DNA from: Deltaproteobacteria bacterium
Lineage (GTDB): Bacteria; Chloroflexota; Dehalococcoidia; Dehalococcoidales; BS750m-G39
Direction of reading: 5' to 3'
Length of the DNA: 64,000 bases
NCBI GenBank assembly: GCA_030603275.1
Contig: JAUVYB010000001.1
Coordinates: 125,839 to 189,838, forward strand
Notes under the pieces: generated by a model
The model's input: the letters and a program-made list of their open reading frames with translations, nothing else
The model's database searches: none
What the model was told of the DNA's origin: nothing
Translations under genes and position numbers: made by a program
Shown: positions 9,064-18,231 of the stretch, in pieces
Numbering within the stretch: the first letter of the stretch is position 1
Layout of the letters: each line of letters begins with the position of its first letter

Positions 9064-9150
9064 CTAAACGGCAATGGCTCCCATAATAATTTTAACCACC
9101 ATTAAATTATACCTGTTTAACCGAATAGCCATGGCTCATAAGGAGGAGAG

Positions 9151-10044
9151 GTGAAGCTGAAAGTATGGTTTCTCGAAACCAGGCCGCAGTTCCTGCTTCT
9201 TTCAGTGGTGCTGTCTTTCCTCGGTATAAGCATCGCCTGGTATGGCGGTTACTTCCATCTCGGCTACGCCCTGCTCACCTTTCTGGGGCTGCTGCTGTGC
9301 CACATCAGTGTCAATGTCCTCAACGACTACTTTGACTATAAAAGCGGGATAGACCTGGCCACCAGGCGCACACCTTTTAGCGGCGGCAGTGGCATCCTGC
9401 CTGCCTCCCTGCTCAAGCCCAGGCAGGTGCTCTGGTTCGGGCTAATCTCCCTAATGCTGGCGGTGCCCATCGGCGTCTACTTCGTTCTCGCCCGGGGCTG
9501 GGGTCTGCTGCCCCTCCTGATACTCGGTGCCCTGTGCACGGTTATCTATACCCCGCTGCTGACCAAAGTGGGGTTCCCGGAGTGGGCTCCCGGGGCGGGG
9601 ATGGGAACCCTGCCGGTTCTGGGGGCTTACTTCATTCAGACCACGGTTTATACCTTCCCGGCGGTTATTGCCGCCATACCCTCGGGTCTCCTGGTGTTTA
9701 ATCTGCTCCTGCTCAATGAATTCCCCGACGTAGAAGCCGATAAGAAAGCAGGCCGGAAAACGACGCCCATCCTCATCGGCAAAACAAGGGCATGGATAGT
9801 CTATTCCGCCCTGACGGTGGCGGTCTATCTGTGGATAATCGGCTGGGTGATAGCCGGCATAATGCCCGCCTTCTCTCTGCTCGCCCTGCTCACCCTCCCC
9901 TTGGCCATCAAGGCAATCCGGGGCAGCCGTAAGCACGAGGATATGAACCGGCTGGTGCCGGCCATGGCTAACAACGTTCAGGTCGTCCTGCTGACCCAGT
10001 TCCTGCTGGGCGTCGGCTATATTCTGGGGAGGGTCTTCGGTTGA
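9151..10044 (+). CDS. UbiA-family prenyltransferase, MenA-like
   Basis: NDYFDYKSGID and NEFPDVEADKKAGRKT Asp-rich motifs; multi-pass membrane protein. Confidence 0.88.
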   Translation: MKLKVWFLETRPQFLLLSVVLSFLGISIAWYGGYFHLGYALLTFLGLLLCHISVNVLNDYFDYKSGIDLATRRTPFSGGSGILPASLLKPRQVLWFGLISLMLAVPIGVYFVLARGWGLLPLLILGALCTVIYTPLLTKVGFPEWAPGAGMGTLPVLGAYFIQTTVYTFPAVIAAIPSGLLVFNLLLLNEFPDVEADKKAGRKTTPILIGKTRAWIVYSALTVAVYLWIIGWVIAGIMPAFSLLALLTLPLAIKAIRGSRKHEDMNRLVPAMANNVQVVLLTQFLLGVGYILGRVFG

Positions 10045-11750
10045 CACCGGTCGACCTGGTCTTACTTCACCCCCCCAGCGTCTATGACTTCCGTGAGAAG
10101 GCCATTCTCTACGGGCCGGTGGCCGACCTGATTCCGTCCTCTTCCATATTTGAGATGTACCCCATCGGCTTTACCAGCATCGCCGAATACCTGGAAGCCG
10201 CCGGCTACCGGGTGCGCATCGTCAACCTGGCGGTGCGGATGCTGAACGATAAAAAATTCGACGCCGAGGCCTTTATCAAGCGGCTGGAGGCGCCCCTCTT
10301 CGGCATTGACCTGCACTGGCTGGTAAGCTCCCACGGGGCTATAGAGGTGGCCAAAATAGTGAAGCGGTGCCACCCCGAAGCTAAAGTAATCTTCGGCGGC
10401 TTTTCCTCGTCCTATTTCTATAAGGAGCTGATGGGCTACCCGGAGGTTGACTACGTGATGAGGGGCGACACCACCGAGGAGCCGCTGCGGCAGCTTATGG
10501 CCTGCCTCAAGCATAAGCGTGAGCCGGAAGAGGTGCCCAATCTGGTCTGGCGCAACGCGCAGGGCGAGGTGCGGGAAAACCCCTTCTCTTATATCCCCAC
10601 CGACCTGAGCCCGGTCATGGTCAGCCACTTTGAAAATACCGTGCGCTCGGTTATCCGCTACCGGGACCTGGCCAGCTATGCCCCGTTCAAGGGCTGGGCG
10701 CAGTACCCCATTACGGCGGTGCTCACCTGCAAGGGCTGTAACGAAAACTGCGTTATCTGCGGCGGCTCCGCCGCCGCCTTCAGGAAGTTCTACGGGCGGG
10801 ATAGGGCTGTCTTCCGCTCCCCGGAAGCGGTGGTTCAGGATATAAAGCAGATTGAGCGCTTCAGCACCGGCCCTATCTTTATCCTGGGCGACCTGCTCCA
10901 CGCCGGGGAAGACTACGCCCATGAGGTCCTGCGCCGGCTGGAGAAACTCAGGGTGAAAAACCAGCTGATTTTTGAGCTGTTCAACCCCGCCCCCCGGGAT
11001 TTACTGCACCGGATGAGCCGCGCCTGCCCCAACTTCTGCCTGGAAATTTCCCCCGAATCCCATGACCCCAGGGTAAGAAAAGCCTCCGGCAGGAACTACT
11101 CCAACGAAGACCTGGAGCAAACGCTGGCTGATGCTCTTGACGCCGGCTGCGGGCGGCTGGATATTTTCTTTATGATCGGCCTGCCCCGGCAGACGCCGAA
11201 GTCGGTAATGGATACCGTTGACTACTGCGATTACCTGTTCCAGAAGTTTAACGGCGATAAACGGTTCTCCCCGTTCATCGCCCCCATCTCCCCCTTCCTC
11301 GACCCGGGCAGCCTAGGCTTTGAGCAGCCGGAGCGTCACGGCTACCAGGTCCTGTTCAAAACGCTGGAGGAGCACCGCCGGGCGCTGGTAGCCCCTTCCT
11401 GGAAGTACTCCTTAAACTACGAGACAAGGTGGATGACCCGCCAGCAGATTGTGGACACGGCCTACGAGGCGATACTGCGCTTAAACCGCATGAGGGCAAA
11501 ATACTGTGCCATCTCCGTCGAGATGGCCGATATCGGGGAGCAGCGCATCAAGGCGGCCTGGGAGATGGCCAATCACATTGACGGCATTATAGACCGGGGC
11601 GACTTGAGGGAGCTGCCCATGTTAAAACCGCAGATAGACGAGATAAACGCCTTTCCGGTGGTGGAGAGAAAACAGCTGGAGCTGCCTGTTGGGCTGGTTA
11701 AGCTTAAATTTTTGCGTTCGTTCTGGTTCTGGCTAACCGGAAAGAAGTAG
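10041..11750 (+). CDS. B12-binding radical SAM protein (TIGR04190/Ta0216-like)
   Basis: LLHPPSVYDFR N-terminus, GIDLHWL, CNENCVIC 4Fe-4S motif, FLDPGS; start overlaps the prenyltransferase stop. Confidence 0.85.
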   Translation: MTPVDLVLLHPPSVYDFREKAILYGPVADLIPSSSIFEMYPIGFTSIAEYLEAAGYRVRIVNLAVRMLNDKKFDAEAFIKRLEAPLFGIDLHWLVSSHGAIEVAKIVKRCHPEAKVIFGGFSSSYFYKELMGYPEVDYVMRGDTTEEPLRQLMACLKHKREPEEVPNLVWRNAQGEVRENPFSYIPTDLSPVMVSHFENTVRSVIRYRDLASYAPFKGWAQYPITAVLTCKGCNENCVICGGSAAAFRKFYGRDRAVFRSPEAVVQDIKQIERFSTGPIFILGDLLHAGEDYAHEVLRRLEKLRVKNQLIFELFNPAPRDLLHRMSRACPNFCLEISPESHDPRVRKASGRNYSNEDLEQTLADALDAGCGRLDIFFMIGLPRQTPKSVMDTVDYCDYLFQKFNGDKRFSPFIAPISPFLDPGSLGFEQPERHGYQVLFKTLEEHRRALVAPSWKYSLNYETRWMTRQQIVDTAYEAILRLNRMRAKYCAISVEMADIGEQRIKAAWEMANHIDGIIDRGDLRELPMLKPQIDEINAFPVVERKQLELPVGLVKLKFLRSFWFWLTGKK

Positions 11751-11794
11751 CCTTCTTATATATCTTTTCCCAACCCCCCAATCATTTTAATTAT

Positions 11795-11904
11795 ATTTAA
11801 GGTGACCCTATCCCCTTTATCCCCTTCCCCTTGGCAAGGGGAAGGGGAATTATTTTTTTAAGAAGAGGGGGCAAAGCCCCCTCTTAAACACCCCGTTAAA
11901 TTAG
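11795..11904. repeat. REP-like double-palindrome repeat, copy A
   Basis: TCCCCTTCCCCTTG-G-CAAGGGGAAGGGGA and AAGAGGGGGC-AAA-GCCCCCTCTT hairpins; homologous to 17991-18139. Confidence 0.85.
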
Positions 11905-11912
11905 CCAATTGA

Positions 11913-12548
11913 TTATCCGCTATGTTTAATTTCCAGCGAACCTTTTTGACTTTCCCCCCAATCACCAAAGACTACATACGTAATTCTGAGTCTCGTTGAT
12001 TTAATAGCAAGCTCTTTACGCCTTCTGAGTCTCAATGTGCCCAGATGTGTATAATTATCTACATAACAAGTGTATTCGGGTTTATCACCACTATAAAAAG
12101 TAACTACAAAGGTATCAGCACCACCTGATGGTTTTCCGGACAGTCTATCACCCTCTAACTCGCGAATTAGATATTTTTCAAAAATGCTTGGTATCTCCAA
12201 TTGTATTTGATATGTGCTTGCAATCTTATCCCCTTTGTTATATGCAAAAATTGGGATTGTGTGTTCTTCCTGCCCCATATCGATAGACTTCCTAGTTGTA
12301 CCACTTTCGTCAAAGGTCAGTTTAAGAAGCGGCCGAGACAGAGACTTGCGAAATTTTGCTGTTGCAAATAGTAAGGAGAAGATTATACCTATGGTAGCTA
12401 CCGCACTGAACAGCAGTTGTGCGTTAGCATATTTCAACGAGTCTTCCTGTAATGCAAACGGGCTCCAGAAACATGACCATAGAATCGCGCCAAGAATTAG
12501 GATTACAAAAATTGTGGCAGGCCAATAGTAATTTCGCCAAAAGCTCAT
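11913..12548 (-). CDS. hypothetical membrane-anchored protein (AT-rich)
   Basis: 211-aa ORF with AGGAGG RBS and two N-terminal hydrophobic helices; GC clearly lower than flanking genes. Confidence 0.7.
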   Translation of the reverse strand: MSFWRNYYWPATIFVILILGAILWSCFWSPFALQEDSLKYANAQLLFSAVATIGIIFSLLFATAKFRKSLSRPLLKLTFDESGTTRKSIDMGQEEHTIPIFAYNKGDKIASTYQIQLEIPSIFEKYLIRELEGDRLSGKPSGGADTFVVTFYSGDKPEYTCYVDNYTHLGTLRLRRRKELAIKSTRLRITYVVFGDWGESQKGSLEIKHSG

Positions 12549-12567
12549 ATTACACCTCCTAACAAGA

Positions 12568-13962
12568 TTACCGTCTCCGCTCCCAGCGTATCACCGTGCC
12601 TTCAGGGGTATCCTCAAGGGTTACGCCTAGCTCACTCAACTCTGCCCGTATCTCATCCGCCCGCTGCCAGTTCTTCTCTTTCCGGCATTTCAGGCGTTCC
12701 TCAATAAGACGATTAACCTTTTGTTCAATCTCTTGCTCTGGCTCTCGTATGGTAAGGTCAAAGGGGTCAAGCTTTAAGCCCAGAATATCACGGGCAAGCT
12801 CGGAAATAACGTACCGAGCGCCTATAAAACTAATACCCGCATCACCGGCTTGGTTTACAGCCCTGGCTAAATCAAACAGTACCGCCAGCGCTTTGGCGGT
12901 ATTAAAATCATCGTCCATCGCCTCAATAAACTGCTTGCGGTAAGGCTCGGCATCCAGAGCTTCCCCTTTACCCCCGGTTGGGTCATCCCTTGAAACCACT
13001 CGCAGTAATCTCTCTCCTGCGTTTTGTGCCGCCTCCAGCCCCTCCTCGGAGTAGGTCAGCGGGCTGCGGTAGTGGGAGTTTAATATAAAAACACGAATAG
13101 CGTCGGGGCTGTACTTTGCCAGCGCCTGCTTGATGGTTATCAGGTTGCCCAGGGACTTGCTCATCTTGTCCCCACCCAGCTGCACCAGCCCGTTATGCAG
13201 CCAGTACCTGACAAAGGGTTTCTTGCCGGTAAAGCTCTCGGACTGGGCAATCTCGTTCTCGTGGTGGGGGAAGATCAGGTCCTGCCCCCCGCCGTGGATG
13301 TCCAGGGTATCCCCCAGGTATTTCAAAGACATGGCGCTGCACTCGATATGCCAGCCCGGCCTGCCCTGCCCCCAAGGAGAATCCCAGTACGGCTCGCCCG
13401 GCTTGGTCGCCTTCCAGAGGACAAAATCCATGGGGTCCTCTTTTTCCTCGCTGCCGATGGCGCACTCGCCGGCCATCATATCGTCCAGGCTGCGGTGGGA
13501 GAGCCTGCCGTAGTCAGGGTCGTTCCTCACCCGGAAGTAGACGCTGCCGCCGGCGGGATAGGCGTGCCCCTTATCTATCAGGCCCCCTATCACCTCGATG
13601 ATTTTAGGTATCTCTTCGGTAGCCCTGGGGTAGACATCGGTCTCCGCCCTGACGATATTCAGTGCTTTCATATCTTCGTCAAAGCTGTTGATGTACTTCT
13701 CGGCCAGCTCACTGGGGGCGATGCCCAGTTTATTGGCCCGGTCGATAATCTTGTCGTCGATATCGGTTATATTCTGCACATACCTGACCGTATATTTTTT
13801 ATAGCGCAGGTAGCGCCGGACGACGTCAAATATGACGTAGCTCATGGCATGGCCGATATGGGCGTCAGCATAGGGGGTAACACCGCAAACGTATATCTTT
13901 ACCTCGTCGCTCTGCGGCGAAAACTCTTCTTTTTTACCGGAGAGGGTATTATATACCTTCAT
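12568..13962 (-). CDS. cysS: cysteine--tRNA ligase
   Basis: [23 protein letters not shown]. Confidence 0.98.
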   Translation of the reverse strand: MKVYNTLSGKKEEFSPQSDEVKIYVCGVTPYADAHIGHAMSYVIFDVVRRYLRYKKYTVRYVQNITDIDDKIIDRANKLGIAPSELAEKYINSFDEDMKALNIVRAETDVYPRATEEIPKIIEVIGGLIDKGHAYPAGGSVYFRVRNDPDYGRLSHRSLDDMMAGECAIGSEEKEDPMDFVLWKATKPGEPYWDSPWGQGRPGWHIECSAMSLKYLGDTLDIHGGGQDLIFPHHENEIAQSESFTGKKPFVRYWLHNGLVQLGGDKMSKSLGNLITIKQALAKYSPDAIRVFILNSHYRSPLTYSEEGLEAAQNAGERLLRVVSRDDPTGGKGEALDAEPYRKQFIEAMDDDFNTAKALAVLFDLARAVNQAGDAGISFIGARYVISELARDILGLKLDPFDLTIREPEQEIEQKVNRLIEERLKCRKEKNWQRADEIRAELSELGVTLEDTPEGTVIRWERRR

Positions 13963-14612
13963 CTTTCTTTCTTGCCGGTTTCTTTCTTGTCAGGAGGCCG
14001 GCGTTTCTCCAGCCCGGCGATTCTTTTTTCCAGGTCTTCCAGCCTCTCCCCTACCGGGTCGGGCAGCTTCTCCACGGTATCGGTATCGGGGTTCCTCATC
14101 GCCACCACCCGCCCCGGCACCCCGACCACGGTAGCGTTGGGCGGCACCGAGTTTATCACCACCGAGCCGGCGCCGACCTTGGCGTTATCGCCGATGGTGA
14201 TGTCCCCGATAATCTGTGCCCCCACCCCCACCACCACGTTTTTGCCCAGGGTGGGGTGGCGCTTTACGTGCTGCTGGCTGGTCCCGCCCAGGGTCACCCC
14301 CTGGTAGAGGGTAACGTTGTCGCCAATCACCGAGGTCTCGCCGATAACCACCCCCATGCCGTGGTCAACGAAAAAGCCCTCGCCGATTTTAGCCCCGGGG
14401 TGAATCTCGATGCCGGTAAAAAAGCGGCTGCAATGAGAGATAAGCCGGGGCAGCACCGGAACGTGCCACCGGAACAGGGTGTGGGCCAGGCGGTGGTTTT
14501 GGCGGGCATGAAAGCCGGGGTAGGCCAGCAGAATCTCCAGGGTGCTGACCGCCGCCGGGTCATGGTCAAAAGCCGCCTTAATATCTCTTTTTATGCTGCT
14601 GCAAAGTCCCAT
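13959..14612 (-). CDS. cysE: serine O-acetyltransferase
   Basis: [33 protein letters not shown] hexapeptide repeats. Confidence 0.96.
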   Translation of the reverse strand: MGLCSSIKRDIKAAFDHDPAAVSTLEILLAYPGFHARQNHRLAHTLFRWHVPVLPRLISHCSRFFTGIEIHPGAKIGEGFFVDHGMGVVIGETSVIGDNVTLYQGVTLGGTSQQHVKRHPTLGKNVVVGVGAQIIGDITIGDNAKVGAGSVVINSVPPNATVVGVPGRVVAMRNPDTDTVEKLPDPVGERLEDLEKRIAGLEKRRPPDKKETGKKER

Positions 14613-14617
14613 TTAAG

Positions 14618-15109
14618 TCAATCTCCGGTTATTAAGACCACGGCCTGAGCCGCTATTCCCTCCCCTTTACCCACAAGCCCCAGGCCGTTAGCGGTGCTGG
14701 CCTTGACGCTTACCCGGTCTACCTCGATACCGAGGGTCTGGCTTAAGCTCTGCCGCATCCGGTCGATGAACCCGGCCAGCTTGGGCTCCTCGGCGATAAC
14801 CGTGGCATCGATGTTAACTATCCGCCAGCCCTTGGCGGCCAGCTTTTCCCTCACCTCTTCGAGCAGAATCAAGCTGGAGATATCCTTGTACTGCGCTTCG
14901 CCGGGCGGGAAATGGCCGCCGATGTCACCCAGTGCGGCCGCGCCGAGCAGGGCGTCGATAACGGCATGAGTGAGCACATCGGCGTCACTCCAGCCGTCAA
15001 GACCCTTACCGAAGGGTATCTCCACCCCCCCGATAACGAGCTTCCTCCCCTTGACCAGGGGGTGGGCATCATAGCCAATGCCAACCCGCAGCTTATTTTC
15101 CACGCTCAA
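14618..15109 (-). CDS. ispF: 2-C-methyl-D-erythritol 2,4-cyclodiphosphate synthase
   Basis: GIGYDAH, SDADVLTHA, GDIG-x-HFP. Confidence 0.96.
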   Translation of the reverse strand: MSVENKLRVGIGYDAHPLVKGRKLVIGGVEIPFGKGLDGWSDADVLTHAVIDALLGAAALGDIGGHFPPGEAQYKDISSLILLEEVREKLAAKGWRIVNIDATVIAEEPKLAGFIDRMRQSLSQTLGIEVDRVSVKASTANGLGLVGKGEGIAAQAVVLITGD

Positions 15110-15776
15110 GCAGAGCCTCCGCTATTAACAGGTCATCACTGTTGGTTATCTTTATATTATCATAAGAGCCCATATAGAGCTTAACCTTATTGCCCAGTGC
15201 CTCCACCAGCGAGGCATCGTCGGTCACCTCGCCTGCTGCCTTCCGGTAGGCTTTAGAGATTATACCGACACGAAACACCTGCGGAGTCTGCACCGCCCAT
15301 AGATTTTGACGTGGCGGCGTCTGGCGCACTATTCTATCTTCCCCGGCCATCTTAATAGTATCGATGACGGGAACGGCGGCTGCCGCCGCCCCGGTCTCTT
15401 TAGCCGCCTCCAGACCCCGCTCGATTAATTCTTTAGTCACCAGGGGGCGGGCGCCGTCGTGGATTACCACCCAGTCACATTTATCAAGCTGCTTTAGCCC
15501 CGCCGCCACCGAATCCTGCCGCCTTTTCCCCCCGGCGCAGACCTCTATGGGCCTGGACCACTCCTCCCCGCCTATCAGCTTACGGCACTTTTCCACATTA
15601 TTTTCACTCACTACCACTACTATCTGGTCAACTGCTTTACAGCTGTCAAAGGCATCAAGCACATAGGAAAGTGCCGGCTTTCCCCCCAATTGGACAAAGA
15701 CCTTATCAACTCCGTTCATCCGCCGGCTCTCCCCGGCGGCAACAATAACTGCGCCCACTTTTTGAGGGTTGTTCAT
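15093..15776 (-). CDS. ispD: 2-C-methyl-D-erythritol 4-phosphate cytidylyltransferase
   Basis: AAGESRRM, IHDGARP, QTPQVF, NIKIT. Confidence 0.96.
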   Translation of the reverse strand: MNNPQKVGAVIVAAGESRRMNGVDKVFVQLGGKPALSYVLDAFDSCKAVDQIVVVVSENNVEKCRKLIGGEEWSRPIEVCAGGKRRQDSVAAGLKQLDKCDWVVIHDGARPLVTKELIERGLEAAKETGAAAAAVPVIDTIKMAGEDRIVRQTPPRQNLWAVQTPQVFRVGIISKAYRKAAGEVTDDASLVEALGNKVKLYMGSYDNIKITNSDDLLIAEALLERGK

Positions 15777-15818
15777 TAATTTCCCATCTTCCTTTACTGA
15801 CTTAACAGACTTCTGACT

Positions 15819-16430
15819 CTATGCCCAAGTCGGCGGGCGCTGTAAAATGAATCCATCTGCCCTTTTTACTTTATCCGGGAGAAGACTGTGGGCAAGCTTC
15901 GCCCGACCAATATGCAGATACGCATGAGCCACACCAATGAGTTCAATGGACGAGCGTTTGGGTGGGAAGGCTACAACAACACGTTTTTGCGCAAATGTAT
16001 TTTTAATAGACATGACAAGCGGTACCAGGTCACTGTCAGCCGACAACAGTAACGCAGTATCAAATTTATTTTTAGCAGCATCTGAAAACATTTCTACTGC
16101 AATATTCACATCTGTCATCTTTTCATTTGGAACTCGGTCTTTAAACCCACAATGTGGGCACTCACGTGGATTCAGCTGGTACTTCCCATAAAATATCTCA
16201 AGGTTGGGTAAGGTTTCAAGTGCCTCAAGAAATGTAGACTGCCGCTTTTCCTTGTCTGATGACCCAATGACTCTTGCCGTGAAATATTTGGTCATGCTCA
16301 ACTCTTGATTGAATTTAATGAGATTCTGCACCAGAAGTTGAACGTTAAGCCAATAGAATCGCCGCCAGCCCTTTTCCCTTAAACCGAAATATAGGTTAAA
16401 TCCATCTATGTAGGCGATAACTCTATTCAT
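15819..16430 (-). CDS. NYN-domain (LabA/DUF88, PIN-fold) putative ribonuclease
   Basis: YIDGFNLY, EKMTDVNIA, LSADSDLVP acidic catalytic motifs; CPHCG insert; AT-rich. Confidence 0.9.
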   Translation of the reverse strand: MNRVIAYIDGFNLYFGLREKGWRRFYWLNVQLLVQNLIKFNQELSMTKYFTARVIGSSDKEKRQSTFLEALETLPNLEIFYGKYQLNPRECPHCGFKDRVPNEKMTDVNIAVEMFSDAAKNKFDTALLLSADSDLVPLVMSIKNTFAQKRVVVAFPPKRSSIELIGVAHAYLHIGRAKLAHSLLPDKVKRADGFILQRPPTWA

Positions 16431-16474
16431 TGTATCCCCTAATCAATTTTGTTAACCATGGCGTAATAATCATA

Positions 16475-16503
16475 TTGACATTCATTATATTCTATGCTAG
16501 TAT
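16475..16503 (+). promoter_or_regulatory. sigma70 promoter divergent from the NYN gene
   Basis: TTGACA-17 nt-TAGTAT with extended -10 TG. Confidence 0.75.
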
Positions 16504-16509
16504 TACCAT

Positions 16510-16574
16510 ACTACAGCGCCAGTGTGAGTAACACTGGTCCGACGGCCTTCTGTAAATACAGGAGGCCGTTTCTT
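16510..16574 (+). ncRNA. putative small RNA with two hairpins, the second an intrinsic terminator
   Basis: CCAGTGT-GAGTA-ACACTGG, then ACGGCCTTCTGT-AAAT-ACAGGAGGCCGT-TTCTT; the G:U pair and U tail fit only the + strand; no ORF. Confidence 0.6.
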
Positions 16575-16577
16575 ACT

Positions 16578-17951
16578 TTAACTCCTCTTTACCAGCCCCA
16601 CCCTTATCGCCTCCCTCAGCGTGCTCACCGGGACAATCTTTATATTTTTAGGATTTGAAATATTAGCTCCGGCCCTGGGCACCAGGCAGCGCTTGAATCC
16701 CAGCCGGGCGGCTTCGGCCACCCTTCGGTCCAGCTGGGAGACGGCTCTCAGCTCACCGCTCAAGCCCACCTCCCCCACCGCCGCCAGCTGCGGGTCGACG
16801 GCAATATCTCTGGCGCTGGAGGCGATGGCCAGGGCAATACCCAAATCAGCCGCCGGCTCGGCGACCTTCAGCCCGCCGGTGACATTGGCGATAATATCCT
16901 GGTTGCCCAGCCTTAAATTCGCCCTCTTGGTCAGCACGGCGGTAATCAGCAATAAACGCCCGAAGTCAACCCCGTTGGCGGTGCGCCGGGGCAAGCCAAA
17001 AGATGTGGGCGTGGTCAGGGCTTGAATCTCCACCAGCAGGGGACGGCTGCCCTCCAGTGTGGGCACCACCGCCGAGCCGATGGCCTCCCCCCACCGCTGG
17101 GATAGGAAGGCTTTGGACGGGTTGTCCACCTCCACCAGCCCCTCCTGCTTCATCTCAAAGACGCCCACCTCGTTGGTGGAGCCGAAGCGGTTTTTCACCC
17201 CCCGCAGCAGCCGGTAGGCACTGAAGGGCTCGCCCTCAAGATAGAGAACCACATCAACTATATGCTCCAGTACTCTGGGACCGGCGATAGCGCCGTCCTT
17301 GGTCACATGGCCGGCCACGAAAACGGGCACGGCGCTGGGCTTGGCCCAGTGCATCAGCCTCAGGGTGCACTCCCGCACCTGGCCGATGCTGCCCGCCCCC
17401 GAATCCAGCTCGGGGAGGTAAACCGCCTGTATGGAATCGATGACCACCAGCGACGGGGCCAGTTGCTCCAGGTGGCTCAGGATAGCCCCCAGGTCGGTTT
17501 CGGAAAGCAGGTAAAGCCTCTCCCCGCTTATTCCCAGCCGCTCCGCCCTTAGCCTTATTTGAGATAACGTCTCCTCGCCGGAGACATAGGCAACCTTGCC
17601 CCCCGCCCCGGCCACCAGAGCCGAAATCTGTAGCAGCAGGGTGGACTTGCCGATACCGGGCTCACCCCCGACGAGCACCAGCGAGCCGGCCACCACCCCT
17701 CCCCCCAACACCCGGTTCACCTCAGCCATAGGCAGGGGAAGGCGGTCGGAGGAATTAATGGCCACCTGGGATAGCTCGCGGGGCGGGTTTTCCAGGGCGG
17801 AGACGTTAGGCGGAGCCGCCGCGGTCACCCTGGTCTCAGCAAAGGTATTCCACTCCTGGCAGTTAGGGCAGCGCCCCAGCCACTTGAGGCTCTCCTTGCC
17901 GCAGTTCTGGCAGACAAAGATAGTCCTGGCTGATTTATCTGATTTACCCAC
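16578..17951 (-). CDS. radA: DNA repair protein RadA/Sms
   Basis: CQNC...CPNC zinc finger, GEPGIGKST, KNRFG, Lon-like C-terminus. Confidence 0.97.
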   Translation of the reverse strand: MGKSDKSARTIFVCQNCGKESLKWLGRCPNCQEWNTFAETRVTAAAPPNVSALENPPRELSQVAINSSDRLPLPMAEVNRVLGGGVVAGSLVLVGGEPGIGKSTLLLQISALVAGAGGKVAYVSGEETLSQIRLRAERLGISGERLYLLSETDLGAILSHLEQLAPSLVVIDSIQAVYLPELDSGAGSIGQVRECTLRLMHWAKPSAVPVFVAGHVTKDGAIAGPRVLEHIVDVVLYLEGEPFSAYRLLRGVKNRFGSTNEVGVFEMKQEGLVEVDNPSKAFLSQRWGEAIGSAVVPTLEGSRPLLVEIQALTTPTSFGLPRRTANGVDFGRLLLITAVLTKRANLRLGNQDIIANVTGGLKVAEPAADLGIALAIASSARDIAVDPQLAAVGEVGLSGELRAVSQLDRRVAEAARLGFKRCLVPRAGANISNPKNIKIVPVSTLREAIRVGLVKRS

Positions 17952-17990
17952 GGAATGACTTTAACTGATTCAGAGGGGTATTTCAAGGGG

Positions 17991-18139
17991 ATTTAAGGGA
18001 ACCCTATCCCCTTTATGCACCCTAAAAAATCTTTGATTTTTCAGGGAACCCGCTTTATCCCCTTCCCCTTGCCAAGGGGAAGGGGAATTATTTTTTAGAA
18101 AGAGGGGCTAACGCCCCTCTTAAACTCCCCATTAGATAG
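17991..18139. repeat. REP-like double-palindrome repeat, copy B, with nested 36-bp insert
   Basis: Colinear with 11795-11904 except for 18017-18052, which is flanked by duplicated CTTTAT. Confidence 0.85.
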
Positions 18140-18180
18140 GGATTTCCCCCTCCCCTTCTCCCCCCTCCCAACAAAACGAG

Positions 18181-18220
18181 GGGTTAAAGACACAGCCCTA
18201 TAGGGCGGGAGGGTGGGAAG
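18181..18220. repeat. second repeat motif, inverted relative to 23482-23523
   Basis: Reverse complement CTTCCCACCCTCCCGCCCTATAGGGCTGTG vs CTTCCCACCCTGCCCGCCCTATAAAGGCTGTG. Confidence 0.7.
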
Positions 18221-18231
18221 AAAAACCACCG

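Noticed and set aside
13195-14307. 370-aa + strand ORF, and similar long shadows such as 20528-21550, 18307-19149 and 10062-10922
   Set aside because: Antisense shadows of well-supported GC-rich genes (cysS/cysE, clpC, decarboxylase beta, rSAM); no motifs
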